Assembly (NCBI GenBank): GCA_030770535.1
Contig: JASVEC010000003.1
Location: 186,001 to 250,000 of the forward strand
Source of the DNA: Batkoa obscura
Lineage: Eukaryota
Direction of reading: 5' to 3'
Length of the DNA stretch: 64,000 nucleotides
Part shown: piece after piece, positions 11,595 to 24,972 of the stretch
Layout: each line of letters opens with the position of its first letter
Numbering within the stretch: position 1 is the stretch's first letter
Notes under the pieces: model-generated
Databases searched by the model: none
What the model was told of the DNA's origin: nothing
The model's input: the letters and a program-made list of their open reading frames with translations, nothing else
Made by a program: the position numbers and the translations under genes

Positions 11595-12122
11595 GTTAAA
11601 AATTTAAAAAACAAACTGGAATGCACTTTTTAAAATTTACTTGTTTGGTTTGATTGGATTAACTGTTTCGCTAATAAATTATCTTTGAATTTTGAATTTT
11701 TGAATAAAAATTGCAGCTTAATTTAAAGGCTATTTCTACCAATCAAGTGAGTTAATATTTTCATGGTTTAAAAGGGGATTTTGCTTAATATTTGTAATGC
11801 TAAGTTAACTCATCATTATTCGTGTTATATCGTTACTTGAAATATAAATAATATAGCATATATACTTAGATTTAAAAAATAATAACATAGAGCTATTCAA
11901 ATTTAAATTATCATATCTAAAAAAAGAGCATTAAGTTTTAAATATAATAAAACTTACATAAAAAAAGGATAAAAACAATAAATTGAAAAAACGGTGCACA
12001 AAAAACATCACAACTAAGATAGAAAAATGTCAATTTTTAAACAAAATCAACTCTTTTTAAAAGCAAATATTAAAAAGACAATTAAAGTTAGTTATACTAC
12101 AACAAAGTATAACTTGAACAAA

Positions 12123-13313
12123 ATGTTAGATGAAAATGAAATGTTTGGCAATGAAAATTTTAAAATCATTAAAGTAAAAGGAATATGGATGAAAGTTAGG
12201 AAGGATTCACCATTAAGTAAGTTTGATATTTTTAGTGATTTGTTGGAGGTATAATATTGTTATTAGAAGAGGACTCCCCAGATAGTAACATAACAGTGAA
12301 CAAAAAGGACCTTGAAGAAGTAAGGAAAATTAGATGTTATTTTATTATACTTAAATTTTATTAGCACAAAGTCAATTTACTAGAACGTATGGTGAATTCA
12401 GATGAAAATTTTAACGTAGTTACTACAGAAGAAACAAAGAGGGTAATTCATTATAAATAAAAAGTAAAAGAACGAAAGCTGAAACTCGGTTATAGCAACA
12501 AACAAAAAGAAAACCTTCAGGTACCCACTTTTTAAGTTTGCCAATAATGGAAAATGAAGTAGTAGATTCAGTTCAGCAATTACAAAGAAAAATATTAGGT
12601 TTAGGAAGAGAAGATATACATTATCATTTTTTAGTGAAACCACCAAGTATCCATCTAACGCTTGGATTATTGTGTTTACAGTCTAAAAGCGATGAGATGA
12701 AAGCATTAAATATTTTAAATGGATTAAGAACTAAGTTAAAGGAAATAATGGCAAGAACAGCATTAAGCTTACTGTTAGAGGGTTTAGATACATTCCCAGA
12801 AAGTAAAAAGGGGGGTCAGTTTAAGCTTTGTATTTTGTTAGTTTTGTATTAATGATTAAGTTTAGAACTTTCGAAAGTAATTTATGCCTCGATTGATAAC
12901 TCATATCAGCAAAATAAAGAAAAATTAAACATAATGATAGGTAATTAGAATAGATATGGTTATTAAGTTAAATTCCCTCAAACTATTATAGAGGTCATAT
13001 TAGAGCGCTTTCGAGCATCTGGTTTATTAATTGAAGATAATCGACCATTGACGGTAATATAATTGACTATTCAATAATTATATTAACGCAAAAATTTTAG
13101 CTTCATGCCACGATTTTGAAATTTCGATCAGTGAGAGGACTTGAAACGAATACGATTCAACTTCGAGGTTTTAATGCTAGAGAGATAATAGAAAAATTTG
13201 GTACCTTTTCATTAGGCACCTTTAAAATTACCCACCTTCAAATATGTCAGTTGGGATCTTTCCAGCCTGATGGAAAGTATACTAGTTTGGGTGGGATTCG
13301 TATTTTTCCTTAG
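12123..13313 (+). CDS. ASCC1/AKAP7-like 2H-phosphoesterase B (both HxT motifs intact, no KH domain), multi-exon; an in-frame ATG at 12027 is an alternative start
   Basis: Spliced: MLDENEMFG...KPSGTHFLSLP...SIHLTLGLL...LEGLDTF...|LHATILKF...FNAREIIEKFG...YTSLGGIRIFP*. Confidence 0.82.
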
Positions 13314-13933
13314 TAAATGTAAATACGGGTGATGACGAGTTGAATTAGGTGATCTTTTTTTGTTAGTAAAACTTGATTTTTTGATTTATTCTGTTATATT
13401 TGAGTGCATGTAAATGTGATTTAAATTGTAATTATGAGTGATGATTTAAAATATACACATGCATTAAAATTTAAAATAGTCACTTAGCTCAAATTTAAAT
13501 ATGCATTATCGACAATATAAAGCTACTTATTATAAACTATATTAAATTATAATAATGATTAAAGTTGCCAATCAAACATTTTTTAAAGATGAAATAAATA
13601 CAAACTCTAAAGAAAATGTAAGAAATCAAAGTGTAATAATTTATTATAATAAAAATTATCACATTTAGTTGTAGTTTATGTTTAGTTTTATTTTTTCATA
13701 CTGACTAAGATAAAATAAAAGTGTTAATTACTCCCAGTTCAACTTGAAAATGGAATAAATAACAATCAAAGGTTAATTCACATTAAAAAGTATATTCATG
13801 TCTAAATAGTTAGCATTAAAGCACAAATAAACCCTAAACCAGACTATTAAAATAATATTATTTTATATCATAGAATTAAATTTTAAATAATACGCCAAAG
13901 CATAAAATTAAACACAATCAAACATAGCAACTT

Positions 13934-14707
13934 TTAATTACTATTCACTAAATCATAAGACCCTTTAGTTTCGCTATTTGTCTTTTCGCCGACCCCTGAG
14001 TTATCCGCAGTAAACCCATTATCCTTATTTTCACCTCTATACCTATCTTCTCTTTCAATTCTTTCCGGTGATACACTAGCAGTGTTTCTTTTCATACTCC
14101 TACCTCTTTCTGAAGACCTTGAATGATACCTTGGTGACCTTGATTTACGTGGTGAATATGGTGAACGTGAGCGTAGTCGTTGATTTGAATAAGGTGACCT
14201 TGATCGATATCGATGTGATGAATAAGGTGATCTTGATCGATAACGTCGTGATGGTAAAGGGGATCTTGATCGATACCGACGACCTGAATAAGGGGATCTT
14301 GAAATTGGCCCCGTATATCTTGGTCTAGGTGATCTTGAACGTGGACCTGGACCTGGACCTGGACCTGGACCTGTATACTTTGGCCTTGGAGATCTTGAGC
14401 GTCTTCTAGGGCTCATCCTACGATGCCTTGGGCCATTTTCAAGCCTATCAAGATCTAACTTTGTCCTTGCCCATTCAATATAGATCTTTGAGCCATTAAG
14501 GTTAAAGCTAGCTTGATTTTGCATTGCTGCTTCAGCATCCTTTGGATTGGCATATTCTACAAAAGCAAATGGAAACGCATGCTTTGTACGCGCCATTGGT
14601 ATATCGCATCGAATAATTGGTCCATATTTTTCAAATTCAACAGCTAACTCTTTTGCTCGAATCGTTGGACTAAAGCCCCTTACATAGATGGTGGTCATGC
14701 CGCTCAT
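13934..14707 (-). CDS. SR-family splicing factor (RRM + RS domain)
   Basis: RNP2 IYVRGF, RNP1 FAFVEY, IYIEWAR, then repeated RSRSP(Y) units and a GPGPGPGP tract. Confidence 0.92.
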   Translation of the reverse strand: MSGMTTIYVRGFSPTIRAKELAVEFEKYGPIIRCDIPMARTKHAFPFAFVEYANPKDAEAAMQNQASFNLNGSKIYIEWARTKLDLDRLENGPRHRRMSPRRRSRSPRPKYTGPGPGPGPGPRSRSPRPRYTGPISRSPYSGRRYRSRSPLPSRRYRSRSPYSSHRYRSRSPYSNQRLRSRSPYSPRKSRSPRYHSRSSERGRSMKRNTASVSPERIEREDRYRGENKDNGFTADNSGVGEKTNSETKGSYDLVNSN

Positions 14708-15304
14708 GATTTTGCACTAATAGTATATATGTAAGAGGATGATTGATCTTGAGTAAGTTAGGGATTATGATTATTCATAGTTATATGGAAGTATAAAGTA
14801 ATTGTTAAAAAATTATTACCAAAAACTAATGATTTTTTAAAGGTTATAAAAAAATAAGTAGATTTTGAGTTTCTAGCATTTATTTTATTTTGATAACAAT
14901 TCATTTCATTGGCTTATGGTTTATTTTTTGGATTCTAAAGAACCCTTCTTAGTTGTTGAAATTACTTCTATTTAATATTACAGGTTCGAATGAAGGAATG
15001 AGTTCCAAATAGCATTAATTTAACCCAATAATAGTAAAATATCAGTACTGATATTAGGTTAAAGGAAACTATCTAAAAGAATTATTCATACTTAATTAAG
15101 CTTGGATATTACTACCACTATTTTTAATTCACTAATTAAAATCCAATATTTTACAAAATCCAATCAAATTACAACAAGTTTAACGTCATTAGAGAAAAAG
15201 TTTTTTGTTTTACAAAAATTATCTAGGGTAATTTTAAGTTTTGTATTCAATTCATTTAAGCATACATTCAATAAAATAGTATCGATATTAACAAATTAAC
15301 AAAG

Positions 15305-17225
15305 ATGACAGATACTATTTCATTTGACAATATGTATAAAGTATATATTGAGGCACTTGATAATATTTCAATTAATTTATTTGATTTTTATAAAAAAAAT
15401 GGTTCAAAATATAACTTAGAGTTTATTAAATCAACATATCAAACTCATTTACTACCTAAAATCGACGAGTTAATGGAAGCAGCTAAATCTATTCAGGATA
15501 AGATCAATAAAGAAAATAAAGATAAAGAAAATTATAAAGAGAATAAGGATTATACTGAACTTGTCAAATCAACCCTTGAGATAAGTTTTAGATTTTTTTA
15601 TTGGAATATTAAAGTAAGATTATCACTCTATTTGAAGGTACAATATTAACTGCTTCTAGAACATAATAATCAATGAAAAGATGAGCCTTGAACCTTTGTA
15701 TCTTTACTTAGATTTAGTCCATTATTGTGCTGATCAAGGTAGCGTAATCCAAGTTTCTAAAACTAATAACTAATTTTGAGTAGAATTCTGTGACTTGTCA
15801 TTTCCATTAATTTTGATTGAAGAAATCTGTGCTACCCTTACTTCTAATGATTTAGTTTATATTATTACTTATCTTTCTGAGCGCATTGGTTTGATTACCG
15901 ATAAAATGATACCTAATGTAGGAAAAAGTTTGGTATTTTTAAGAATATGTAATGATTTACAACGTAGAGCAGTTAATATTAAAGAAGGAACATATCGTGG
16001 CGAACTTCGAGTTTTATTAACCAAATCACTCCCATTAAATGATCGATCTGGAGTAAATACTCGTGGTGACTTTAATCTTGATACTATTCCAAGATATGAT
16101 AAAGAAAAAGATGCCAATTATAATGTTTCTGATGAAGATAAAAAACAACATAAACGTTTCTGGAAATTAATTAATTGTCTTTGCAATCCAATACAATTAT
16201 TTGATATCAATACATTTAGAGAATTTCAATCTTCCATTGATTGGGTATTTGATCGCTTTAAAACTTCGTCTACAGAAAGACGTGAAGCATTAAAAAAATT
16301 TCGAACAAACCAAAGTAGATTGCCTTCCTCTATTCGTGAAGCAAATGCTAAAAAAATAGTTCAACGGCCCAGTTTAGAAAATATAGCAACCAATTCTTTA
16401 GTTCATTTTTTAACAGATTTAAAAGTGTTCCCTCATCAATTAAATGACCCTGATTTTCAACGAACTGTATTAGTACAAATTTGTATTGTATTACAATTTC
16501 TTTCTTCTATTGATCAAACTTCTTCTACTACTTTTCCTGTGGCTGCTAGACCACCAGCCAATTTTAATTGGAATAGAGATCAATCAGAATGGCTTATAAG
16601 ATGTAAAGAAAGAGCATTTGATGCTTGTAGAGATTCTCCATTTGGTGGTGAACGTTTTCCACGATTTATTCGAGATATACTTAAATTCGAACCTGCGTTT
16701 TCAACTTGGAAAAATTTAGGGTGTTCAGCTTATCCACAACCCAATGGACAAAGATTAGATGCTAAACAAGTTAGAGAAATTATTGAAAAAGAGAAAAAAG
16801 ATAAACAAAAACATCAAATTAATGGAGCTAAAAATAAAGAAAAAATGTTAACTAAAGTTAAATTACCACCTTATACTATGGGTAGTCAAAAATTATCCGA
16901 ATTATGGAAATTGGGGGAAATGAATCGAAATTATTTACAAAGTAATAATCCAAATGTAAAGAAAAGAAGTTATCCTGATTTGGATCAATTTTTAGATGAA
17001 AAATCAAAAGAAGCTAAAAAGTATGATGAAAATGATGAATATCGTCGTACCCTTTCTTGGATGGGTATGAGACTTGCTTTTCAAACGGATGTTACTTTAC
17101 TTTCAAGTTTGGAAAAGACAGATATTATTGCGCTAAAAGATGTCATTGAGGATAAAAAGAAGAATACTAGTCAAATAAATATGAAGAATAAGAATGATGA
17201 AGGAGAGGAAAAGAAAACAAATTAA
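15305..17225 (+). CDS. THOC1: THO complex subunit 1 (Hpr1), introns at ~15614-15659 and ~15739-15783
   Basis: LVFLRICNDLQRR, GELRVLL..SLPLNDRSGVNTRGDFN, FWKL, QLNDPDFQRTVLVQ, WKNLGC and MGSQKLSELW motifs. Confidence 0.9.
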
Positions 17226-17664
17226 ACTTTTATTGTCACCCTTGAATGGCTTAACCTTCTTACCATTCTATTTTACTTTGATCTTAATCCTTTGTTATAA
17301 TCTACATATCAACAATAAAACTTTTATTTATTTCTATTACAATTAACAGTTTTTAGTATTATTGTATTGATATATATGCATTGAGTAAATTTACAAAATA
17401 GTTGATATATCTTTGTAAAAAATAAATTTAATCAATTAACAGGCTCTTTTTGTAAAATTCGACTCAAAAAAATCAATATTAAAATTATTAAAAGCATATC
17501 AAATACAATAACAATTCTAAAATAACGTTTGGGGGTTAATCTGATTGTACTTTGTTTAAAATAATATAAATGAAAATTGAGAGGTTTATTCAATGTGAAA
17601 TAATCAATTCAAAAGTAAAGATAAGAATAAATTTATATTTTAAAACAGTCTTATTGTATTAAAC

Positions 17665-17768
17665 AAATGGGGATATATTTTTTTGTTTAACAATTTTACT
17701 AACAATTTTTCGATTCAAATAGTACTTTAAATGGAAAAAGTGATGAAATCGAAAAAACATCCCCATAT
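17665..17768 (-). mobile_element. ~105-bp MITE family copy 3
   Basis: ATGGGGATATATTTTTTTGTTTAA...GAAAAAACATCCCCATAT. Confidence 0.82.
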
Positions 17769-17972
17769 ATTATATTAAAAGTATATCTTTTTTATAATTG
17801 TTTGGATTAGTTGTTAAGATTAGTGTTAAATTCGAATTTAATGATTCGATCTTAAACAAGTTACATCACCCCTCTATTTAAACTTATTAGCTAAGAAATA
17901 CTACCAATTAAGTTAAAACTATAAAATAACATTGAAATATTAATTTGATTCTTTTTTAACGTGTTTAAACTA

Positions 17973-18720
17973 ATGTCTACCTTTGATGCTGTCGATTGAT
18001 TACGTGAAATATTTGACTTAAAGCTATTTGAATGTTCAAATAACGAAAGTATGAATATTACTATAAAAAGGGAGCATGATCCTATTATTTATCTTTATAA
18101 AATGAGTGAGTTAAAGTCCAATTCTCAACCAGAAGCCAAAGAATATATAAATGAGATTTATCAATAAGTAAGGCGATTTTAATATAGGGTTTTAATCAAA
18201 CATTTAATATTTTAGATAATATATAATCTTTATATATTGGATTTAATTTTTAGTATCCTCGCATTGTATGGCAGAAAAATTATTATATGGAGGTGTTTTT
18301 TTTGGCTTCATTACTTTTTCTATCTTTTAAGCGCTATTTGAGTGGAAAGATTGTTAGTAAAATTCTTAAACACAAAAATACATCCCCATATATCCAATAA
18401 TACTTAAAACTTTTGGTAAACAAAAAGTATTAAAGATGCTTGAAGAATATCGAAAGCTATGTAATGACATACATGTTTTGTGTTTAAAATATAAGGAAAA
18501 TAGTTCATATAGTGAGCTTAAAGAAGCATTGAAGTATATTATGTAAGTAAGTCTATACTATTATTAGAAGGCTAAAGTTCAATTTAGAATTTCCAAAACG
18601 ATGTAAAAGAAGAAGAAAGTTTTTGAATGTCAAAATGCTTAAAAGGGTTAAGCTAAGAAAAGCATTAATCATTATTAAAAGTATATTTAGGAACTAAAGA
18701 AACTAATATTAAAAAGTGAT
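17973..18720 (+). pseudogene. Decayed hemerythrin (HHE)-like gene interrupted by a MITE
   Basis: Reconstruction using intron 18168-18253, removal of the MITE, and intron 18547-18597: MNITIKREHDPIIYLYK...KEYINEILSIISSHCMAEKLLYPIILKTFG...EEYRKL...ALKYIM*|NFQNDVKEEESF*. This resembles the H..AEE...YP and H.KEEE motifs of HHE proteins and carries several in-frame stops. Confidence 0.5.
18285..18391 (+). mobile_element. ~105-bp MITE family copy 4
   Basis: ATATGGAGGTGTTTTTTTTGGCTTC...AAAAATACATCCCCATAT. Confidence 0.88.
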
Positions 18721-19226
18721 TTTAATATAAAATATAATTTGTAGTTTTAAAGTTTTAATAAATCAATCCTTTAGTCTCAGATAGTTCGATTCTAGATTGG
18801 TGGATTTTATTATATGTATTATTCAATATAGTTTCATAAACACCTATGCCTTAAAACTTCTAGTTTTACATCTATGTTCTAACATTAAAATGTTAATTAA
18901 TATACTTTAAACTATTATTATATTATTATATTATTATATTATTATATTGTATAATTAAATTTCTGATTTTAATTGTAATGGCGATATGTAAGAATGTTTT
19001 TTTTACTAATTGTCCTTTTTCACTACTTTTTTAAAATTTTGAATATTAGCTAACTAATAAAAACAATTTAAACTTAAAATAAAAGGGAGTTATAAAGGAT
19101 TTTAAAATCACAGTGAAGTTTAATTATTTTTTTAAAATAATAAAAAGGACAATTGATAAAACACTTTTATATATAAAATCCATAATAAAACAAATCTTAC
19201 TTTTTATTTTTAACTAAAACAACATT

Positions 19227-20766
19227 TTAGTCCATAAAAACTTCTTTCAATTTATCATTCCAATGTTGTTCCCATTTCACTTTCCCAAACTCCAAAGCTC
19301 CCTCTTTAAGTTCCTCAATATTAACTATACTCTGATTTTCTTTTTTTAAAAACAAGGATTCTAAATTCAAAGCTAATTCTTCCGCTGAAGAAAATATTAA
19401 GCCATTTTTATTATGTTGAACTAATTCAGATAAACACATAAAATCCATGGCACAAACTGGTAACCCAGTACCAAACATATCTACAATTTTCATTGGTAAA
19501 TCTAAACCTGATGATGATAAATGTAATGATATTCCTAAATCAGCACAAGCTAATAATTTAGGATAAAATGCAATTGGTAACCAAGTGGTAATAATTTTAA
19601 CATGTGTTAATTGATCATTTAATTGTTTAATTTTTAATTCATAATTCTCTTTTTCAGGTCCTTTACCAGTGATTATTATAGCTAATTTGGTCGGAGTAAT
19701 ATTAGAATTACTCAAAATAGTAATATCATAAATTTGTATTGCTTTTAATAAAATTGAAAAATCTTCATCAGGAGTCCAACTAGTACTACTAACAATTAAT
19801 TTAGGTCTGTTTTTTCTATATTCTATTTTAGCTTCTTGACTTTTTTCTGTAATTAAGCTCATCTCTTTTTTATCCTCAATATAAAATTGATTTTTTAGTA
19901 ATTGAAATTCCGATTGAGTGTTTTCTAATTGTAACATAAATTCATGAATTTGACTTAATTCCATAGGTTGAAACTCTTCCGCTGATTTATCATGTACTAC
20001 TATTATCTTACCACTTGGTTTATAAAAAATATTATTAAAACTATAACTATTAATAGAATAATAATATTATTATTTACCTAACTTTCCATTCATTTTTTAA
20101 TTCTAAAGCCATAGCTTCAGTCACAGTAATATGAACAAATGCCCACTTTGCAAATAATTTTTCATAGAAATAAGCGAATTTGACTATTGGATGAGAAATA
20201 CCCAATTTTAAACTTAATATTGAATAACCAAAATTATGCCAATCGATGATCAATTGACTTTGTTTTATAAAGCAAATCAATTGAACGACTATTAAGGTTG
20301 GGATGGCAGGTGGGTTCTATAGGAAATGACATTGAATATTAGTATTATTTTAGATTGAAATATTATTATGGGATCTATTTACTTGTATTAATATAAAATT
20401 GGAAGTTGGTAATTGTAATAAACAACTTAATAAAGAAAAAAACAAAAATAACGCTTTAAATGGGGCATAAAGTAAATAAAGATAAGCCGGTAAATTGGGT
20501 GGTAAAGGTTGTATTTGGGATAAATAATTAATATTGATATTTTCTTTTTCTAATATTTTGATAGGTAATTTAGAATCTAAAAAATTAAATTTAAATGATT
20601 TAGTTGATGTCATATTTATAATATTTATTTTTAAATTTTATTAGTTACCTTTATAACCAACCAAATCTACTTTATAATTTGGTAAATTAGCAATAGATAA
20701 TGCTTGATTTAATATCCTTGGTGAATGACCTAAATCTCCTAATACTACTACAATTGCTCGTTTCAT
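19227..20766 (-). CDS. ALG1: Chitobiosyldiphosphodolichol beta-mannosyltransferase, multi-exon
   Basis: MKRAIVVVLGDLGHSPR, NPPAIPTL, IIDWHNFGYSIL, SSTSWTPDEDF, ADLGISLHLSSSGLDLPMKIVDMFG. Confidence 0.95.
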
Positions 20767-20932
20767 TTTAAAAATTATTAAAAAATAAAAACAAAAATAA
20801 AATAAATTCAATTAGAACAAAACAAAATTTATAAAGGACCAATAAGATTCAACTTTAATTTTTTATTTCTATAACTAATAAAATATTATTAATAAATTCT
20901 ATTCCAATTCAACTCATTTTATATCTTATCCT

Positions 20933-23879
20933 TTACTTTCTTCTAATCATTTTTTTCTTTTGTCTTTTTTTATTAACAAATACTTTTTTCTTATCTTTAT
21001 CTTCTTCTTTCCCTTTCTTAAACTTATTTTGTTTATTTCCCTTTTCTTCCTTATCATGAACAAACTTTCTCTTTTTGTTATCATTATTACGATCCGTACG
21101 ACGTTTTAATATCACTTTATTTTCAATAGCAAATTCCACCATTAGTAAATGTCCACGTATAGTTTCTTCGAGTTTTTTTCCTTTAGCTAATTTACTTTTT
21201 TCTGGAAATACAGCTGGATTACAATTTAAATATCTTAAAGCTGCTAATGCATGTGCATGATGTGTAAATTCAACAAATCCATATCCTTTTGATCGGGCTA
21301 AATTTGTTTTTGCATCAACTCGATCTTTACTACGTACTATTTTTGCCTAATGAAATACAATATTAATAAATGTTATTATATTATATTATATTATTAATAT
21401 TTTATGTTTTACCTGAGTTACCATTGGTTTTTTATCCCAACCTTCTTTCATTTCATCTTTAGATAAAGGATCTCTTAATTTCTTTTGAACTTGAGCTTTA
21501 AATTTATCAACAGCAGAATGAGCTATTGTTTTTAATTTACGATCATCTACTTCTAATGGTAAATTTCTAACAGCTAATCTTGTTTTAGATATAAATAAAG
21601 ATGGATTTGATTGCATTTGATCTTTTCTTGCTTTATATGATTCTTGACGTCGTTTAATTTCTTTTTCTTCTAATTTTTTACCTGCATCACTTTGAGGAAA
21701 GATTACACCTTCACGCAATAAATAATAATTTCGTTTATCTATTTTAGGGTTCTTTTTTTCATTCGTTAATTCAGCGGCTGAATCTTTTGTAACTGCTGAT
21801 GTTACTAATAATAATCGACCTTGTAATGTAAATTTTTCATTATTTTCATTAGGAGCATCGGAAACTAATACCGATTTGATACCTTTTGTATTCTAATATA
21901 TTAAAATTAATTAATTTATTTTAATAATTTAATTAATAAAAAATTAAACTTACATTAGCATGTTCATGTTCCCAATTTAATGTTTTTGATAACTTTAAAC
22001 AGTTGACTGCATCTTTTGGATTAATAAAACTAACAAATCCTGTACCTTTAGATCTTCCAGTATCTCTATCAAATACAACTCGTGCATAACGTAATCTACC
22101 AAATTCTGAAAATCTATTTTAATTTTTAATATATTTGTATAACAATATAAAATAAATAAATTTACTTCCCAAATAGATCTTCATCTTTAGTTTCAAATAA
22201 TAAATTTCTTACAAATAAAGTACATTCTGGTGGTACGACTATTTTTTTTGGTTCTTTGTCTTTTTTATCATTGATTTTTTTTTCTTCTTCTTCTTCTTCT
22301 TCAGAACTTTCTATACTACTATCCTCTCCTTCAGAACTTTCTAATAAATCTTCTTCTTCTTCTTCTTCTTCAAACATTGAACTCTTGAATGGTTTACCAT
22401 CATCATTATCTTGGTTTTCTTGTTTTATTTCACCATCAATTTCTTGTTCTTCTTCTTCTTGTTTAACTTTAACTTCTTCTTCTTCCTCTTCTTTAATTTC
22501 ATCATCGTCATCATCATTAAAACTAGCTTTTGATACGCAAAAATCAATAGCAATCTTACGACCACTATGTTCTGTACCATTTAATTTTTCAATGGCCTAT
22601 AAAAATTAAATATTAAAATTAAACTACAAATTGAAATTATTAAAAATAAAAAACATACTTCTTCAGCCATAACTAATTCAGGATACTGTACAAAAGCAAA
22701 CCCTTTTAATTTATTTTTATCATCTTTTGGTATCTTTGTTTCAATAACCGGTCCTATTTTTTCAAATATTTTTTCTAATTCACGTTCTTGAATCTAATTA
22801 AAAATAAACAAATCATTCATTATACTTATACTAAAATACTCACTTTAAATGCTAAATTTCGAATAATCAATCTACATTTTTTAGTCTAAAATAAAGTACA
22901 ATTAATTGAATTTCATTTTTCTATTAAATAATAATAACTCACCTTCAACAACAAATTAGTCAATATAGTAGCATGAATAATATTATTATCAGCCATTTTG
23001 TTTTGTAATTTTGAACAAGCCAATTGAGCCAACTCTACTGTTTCATATAATGCTCTAGCTAAAAACATCAAATCAATATTTTATCCTTAAAAACAAACAT
23101 TCAAAAAACTACTTACCATATCCTGTCACAAAATAAGTAGAAACTGGTTTAATTGAATTATCTTGTAAAAATTTAACTAATCTAGCTTTTCCCATTGATT
23201 TAGGTATATTTGATATAAACATAGTTCTATCCGACTCTACTTGATCATCTTTTGGTTTTGGATTATTATAAACTTTTATTTGTTTGGCTTTTTTGCTCGG
23301 TTTAGCTTCGGTTTCATCTAAAATAAAAATTTAGAAAAATGTTAATATTTTAAACTATATCTTATAAAATCAGAGTAGTTACTTGTTTTTTCATTAGCAA
23401 ATTCCATCTTTAATTTTCTTCCTTCAAACTCTTTAGTTGATAATTCAGTTATAGCTTTCTCTGCATCAGCTCTTAAAGCACTAAAATAAAAAATAGTCAT
23501 TAATCTTCTATCCTACCAAATAGCCCAACTAAAAGATGAACTTACTAACTAACAAAACCAAAACCTCGATTAATTTGTTTATTTTCTTTATCTATAATAA
23601 TCAATATAATTAATATCCATTCTCAATTATTTAATCTCCAATAAACTTACCTTTAACAATAAATGCTCTTTTCAATGGTCCAATATCTTCAAAAAAGGTT
23701 TCAAATTGTTCATCAGTAGCAGTGAATGGGATACCACGAATGAATAATGTGTTACTATTTTGAATACCTTCTGAGGAATCAGCGTTTTGTAAAGCAGCAA
23801 GATCTTCATCAAAGGTGACATCTTCTTGTTTGATCTCGATGTTAGGAGCAGTAGTAGCTTGGCGCTTATTTTGACTCAT
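20933..23879 (-). CDS. NOP4: Nucleolar RRM protein Nop4/RBM28, multi-exon
   Basis: Multiple RRMs (TLFIRGIPF; TLFVRNLLF..TGRSKGTGFV; FISKTRLAVRNLP..RSKGYGFVEF), acidic linker, DKRNYLLREG, and VEFAIENKVILKRR. Confidence 0.92.
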
Positions 23880-24621
23880 TTTCTTATTTTTCGAAATAAA
23901 GTTTTGAGAAAATGGAAATTCGAAATTGATAGTTCAGTTGGGTTTATGCTTGAATACCAATTCTAAGTTCAAGTTTGCAAAATTGTATCCACCTCTTGAA
24001 AAATTTCGAATCAATTTTCAGTAAATTTAAAGCAGTAAATTTTCAAAAAAATAGTACAAATCTTAAATTCAGTATGTTCAATGACTTTTTTGAAAAAAGA
24101 AACTTGATGTTAGAGGAGGTTATATAAGTATTTTATAAATCAATATAAAGTAAAAGTAAGACGGAGACATAAAAAAATAGGGGTTGAGTAAAATTTATGG
24201 CTCAAGGAAAGGTAAAGGGGGGCACAATAGTAATTCAATAATTGAGGTTTATTGACTTTAAAAAGTTTTAAATAATAAGCTTTAAAGGCAAAGTTATTAA
24301 CTAAAACAACAAAAAAAATATCATCCAAGATCAAATTATCATCAATAAAGAAAAAAATCAGTTCTAAAAAACCAGTAACAACAAACATACTTTTTTTATT
24401 ACAATTTCTAATTCATTTTTAATTCAAATATTAATAACACACCAGTTTTTATATTTTGGGTTTTATGATTTCTTTAATTCAAGTTTTGAATCTATTTTAT
24501 AATCCTATTTAAACAGCTATGAATCCAATAAGTATAAGAAAAAAAATTAAATTACATAAAAGTTATAGCTTATGTAAAGCCTTTTTTATATATTTTAATT
24601 TCACTGTATAATATTATAAAG

Positions 24622-24972
24622 TATTAATATTATTAATATTATTAATATTATTAATATTATTAATATTTAATTTTATCATACTCTTGGGTATAACTTCGAG
24701 ATGATTTATTTATTATAAAAAACATTCATGTTCTGTAATTTATATTATTTTACAATAGCTTATACTAATTTTATAAATAAATGTAAATTCAATGTCATGA
24801 TATTTTAATAATTTATATAATAGTCAGTTATAAAAGATATATTTTTTAACTGAAATGATAATTTTCTTGTCCATGTAAAAATCATAGTTGAATGATTTTA
24901 TTAAAAATAATAACTACCTAAAATATTAAATTAAAATTAAATTAAATTAAATTAAATTAAATTAAATTAAAC
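24622..24972. repeat. AT-only microsatellites: (TATTAATAT)n at ~24622-24668 and (TTAAA)n at ~24926-24972
   Basis: Tandem units directly visible. Confidence 0.8.

Noticed and set aside
14975..15010. GGTTCGAAT resembling a tRNA T-loop
   Set aside because: No T-stem, acceptor stem or cloverleaf can be formed around it.
22256..22609. Ser-rich plus-strand ORF
   Set aside because: Antisense of the Glu-rich linker of NOP4.
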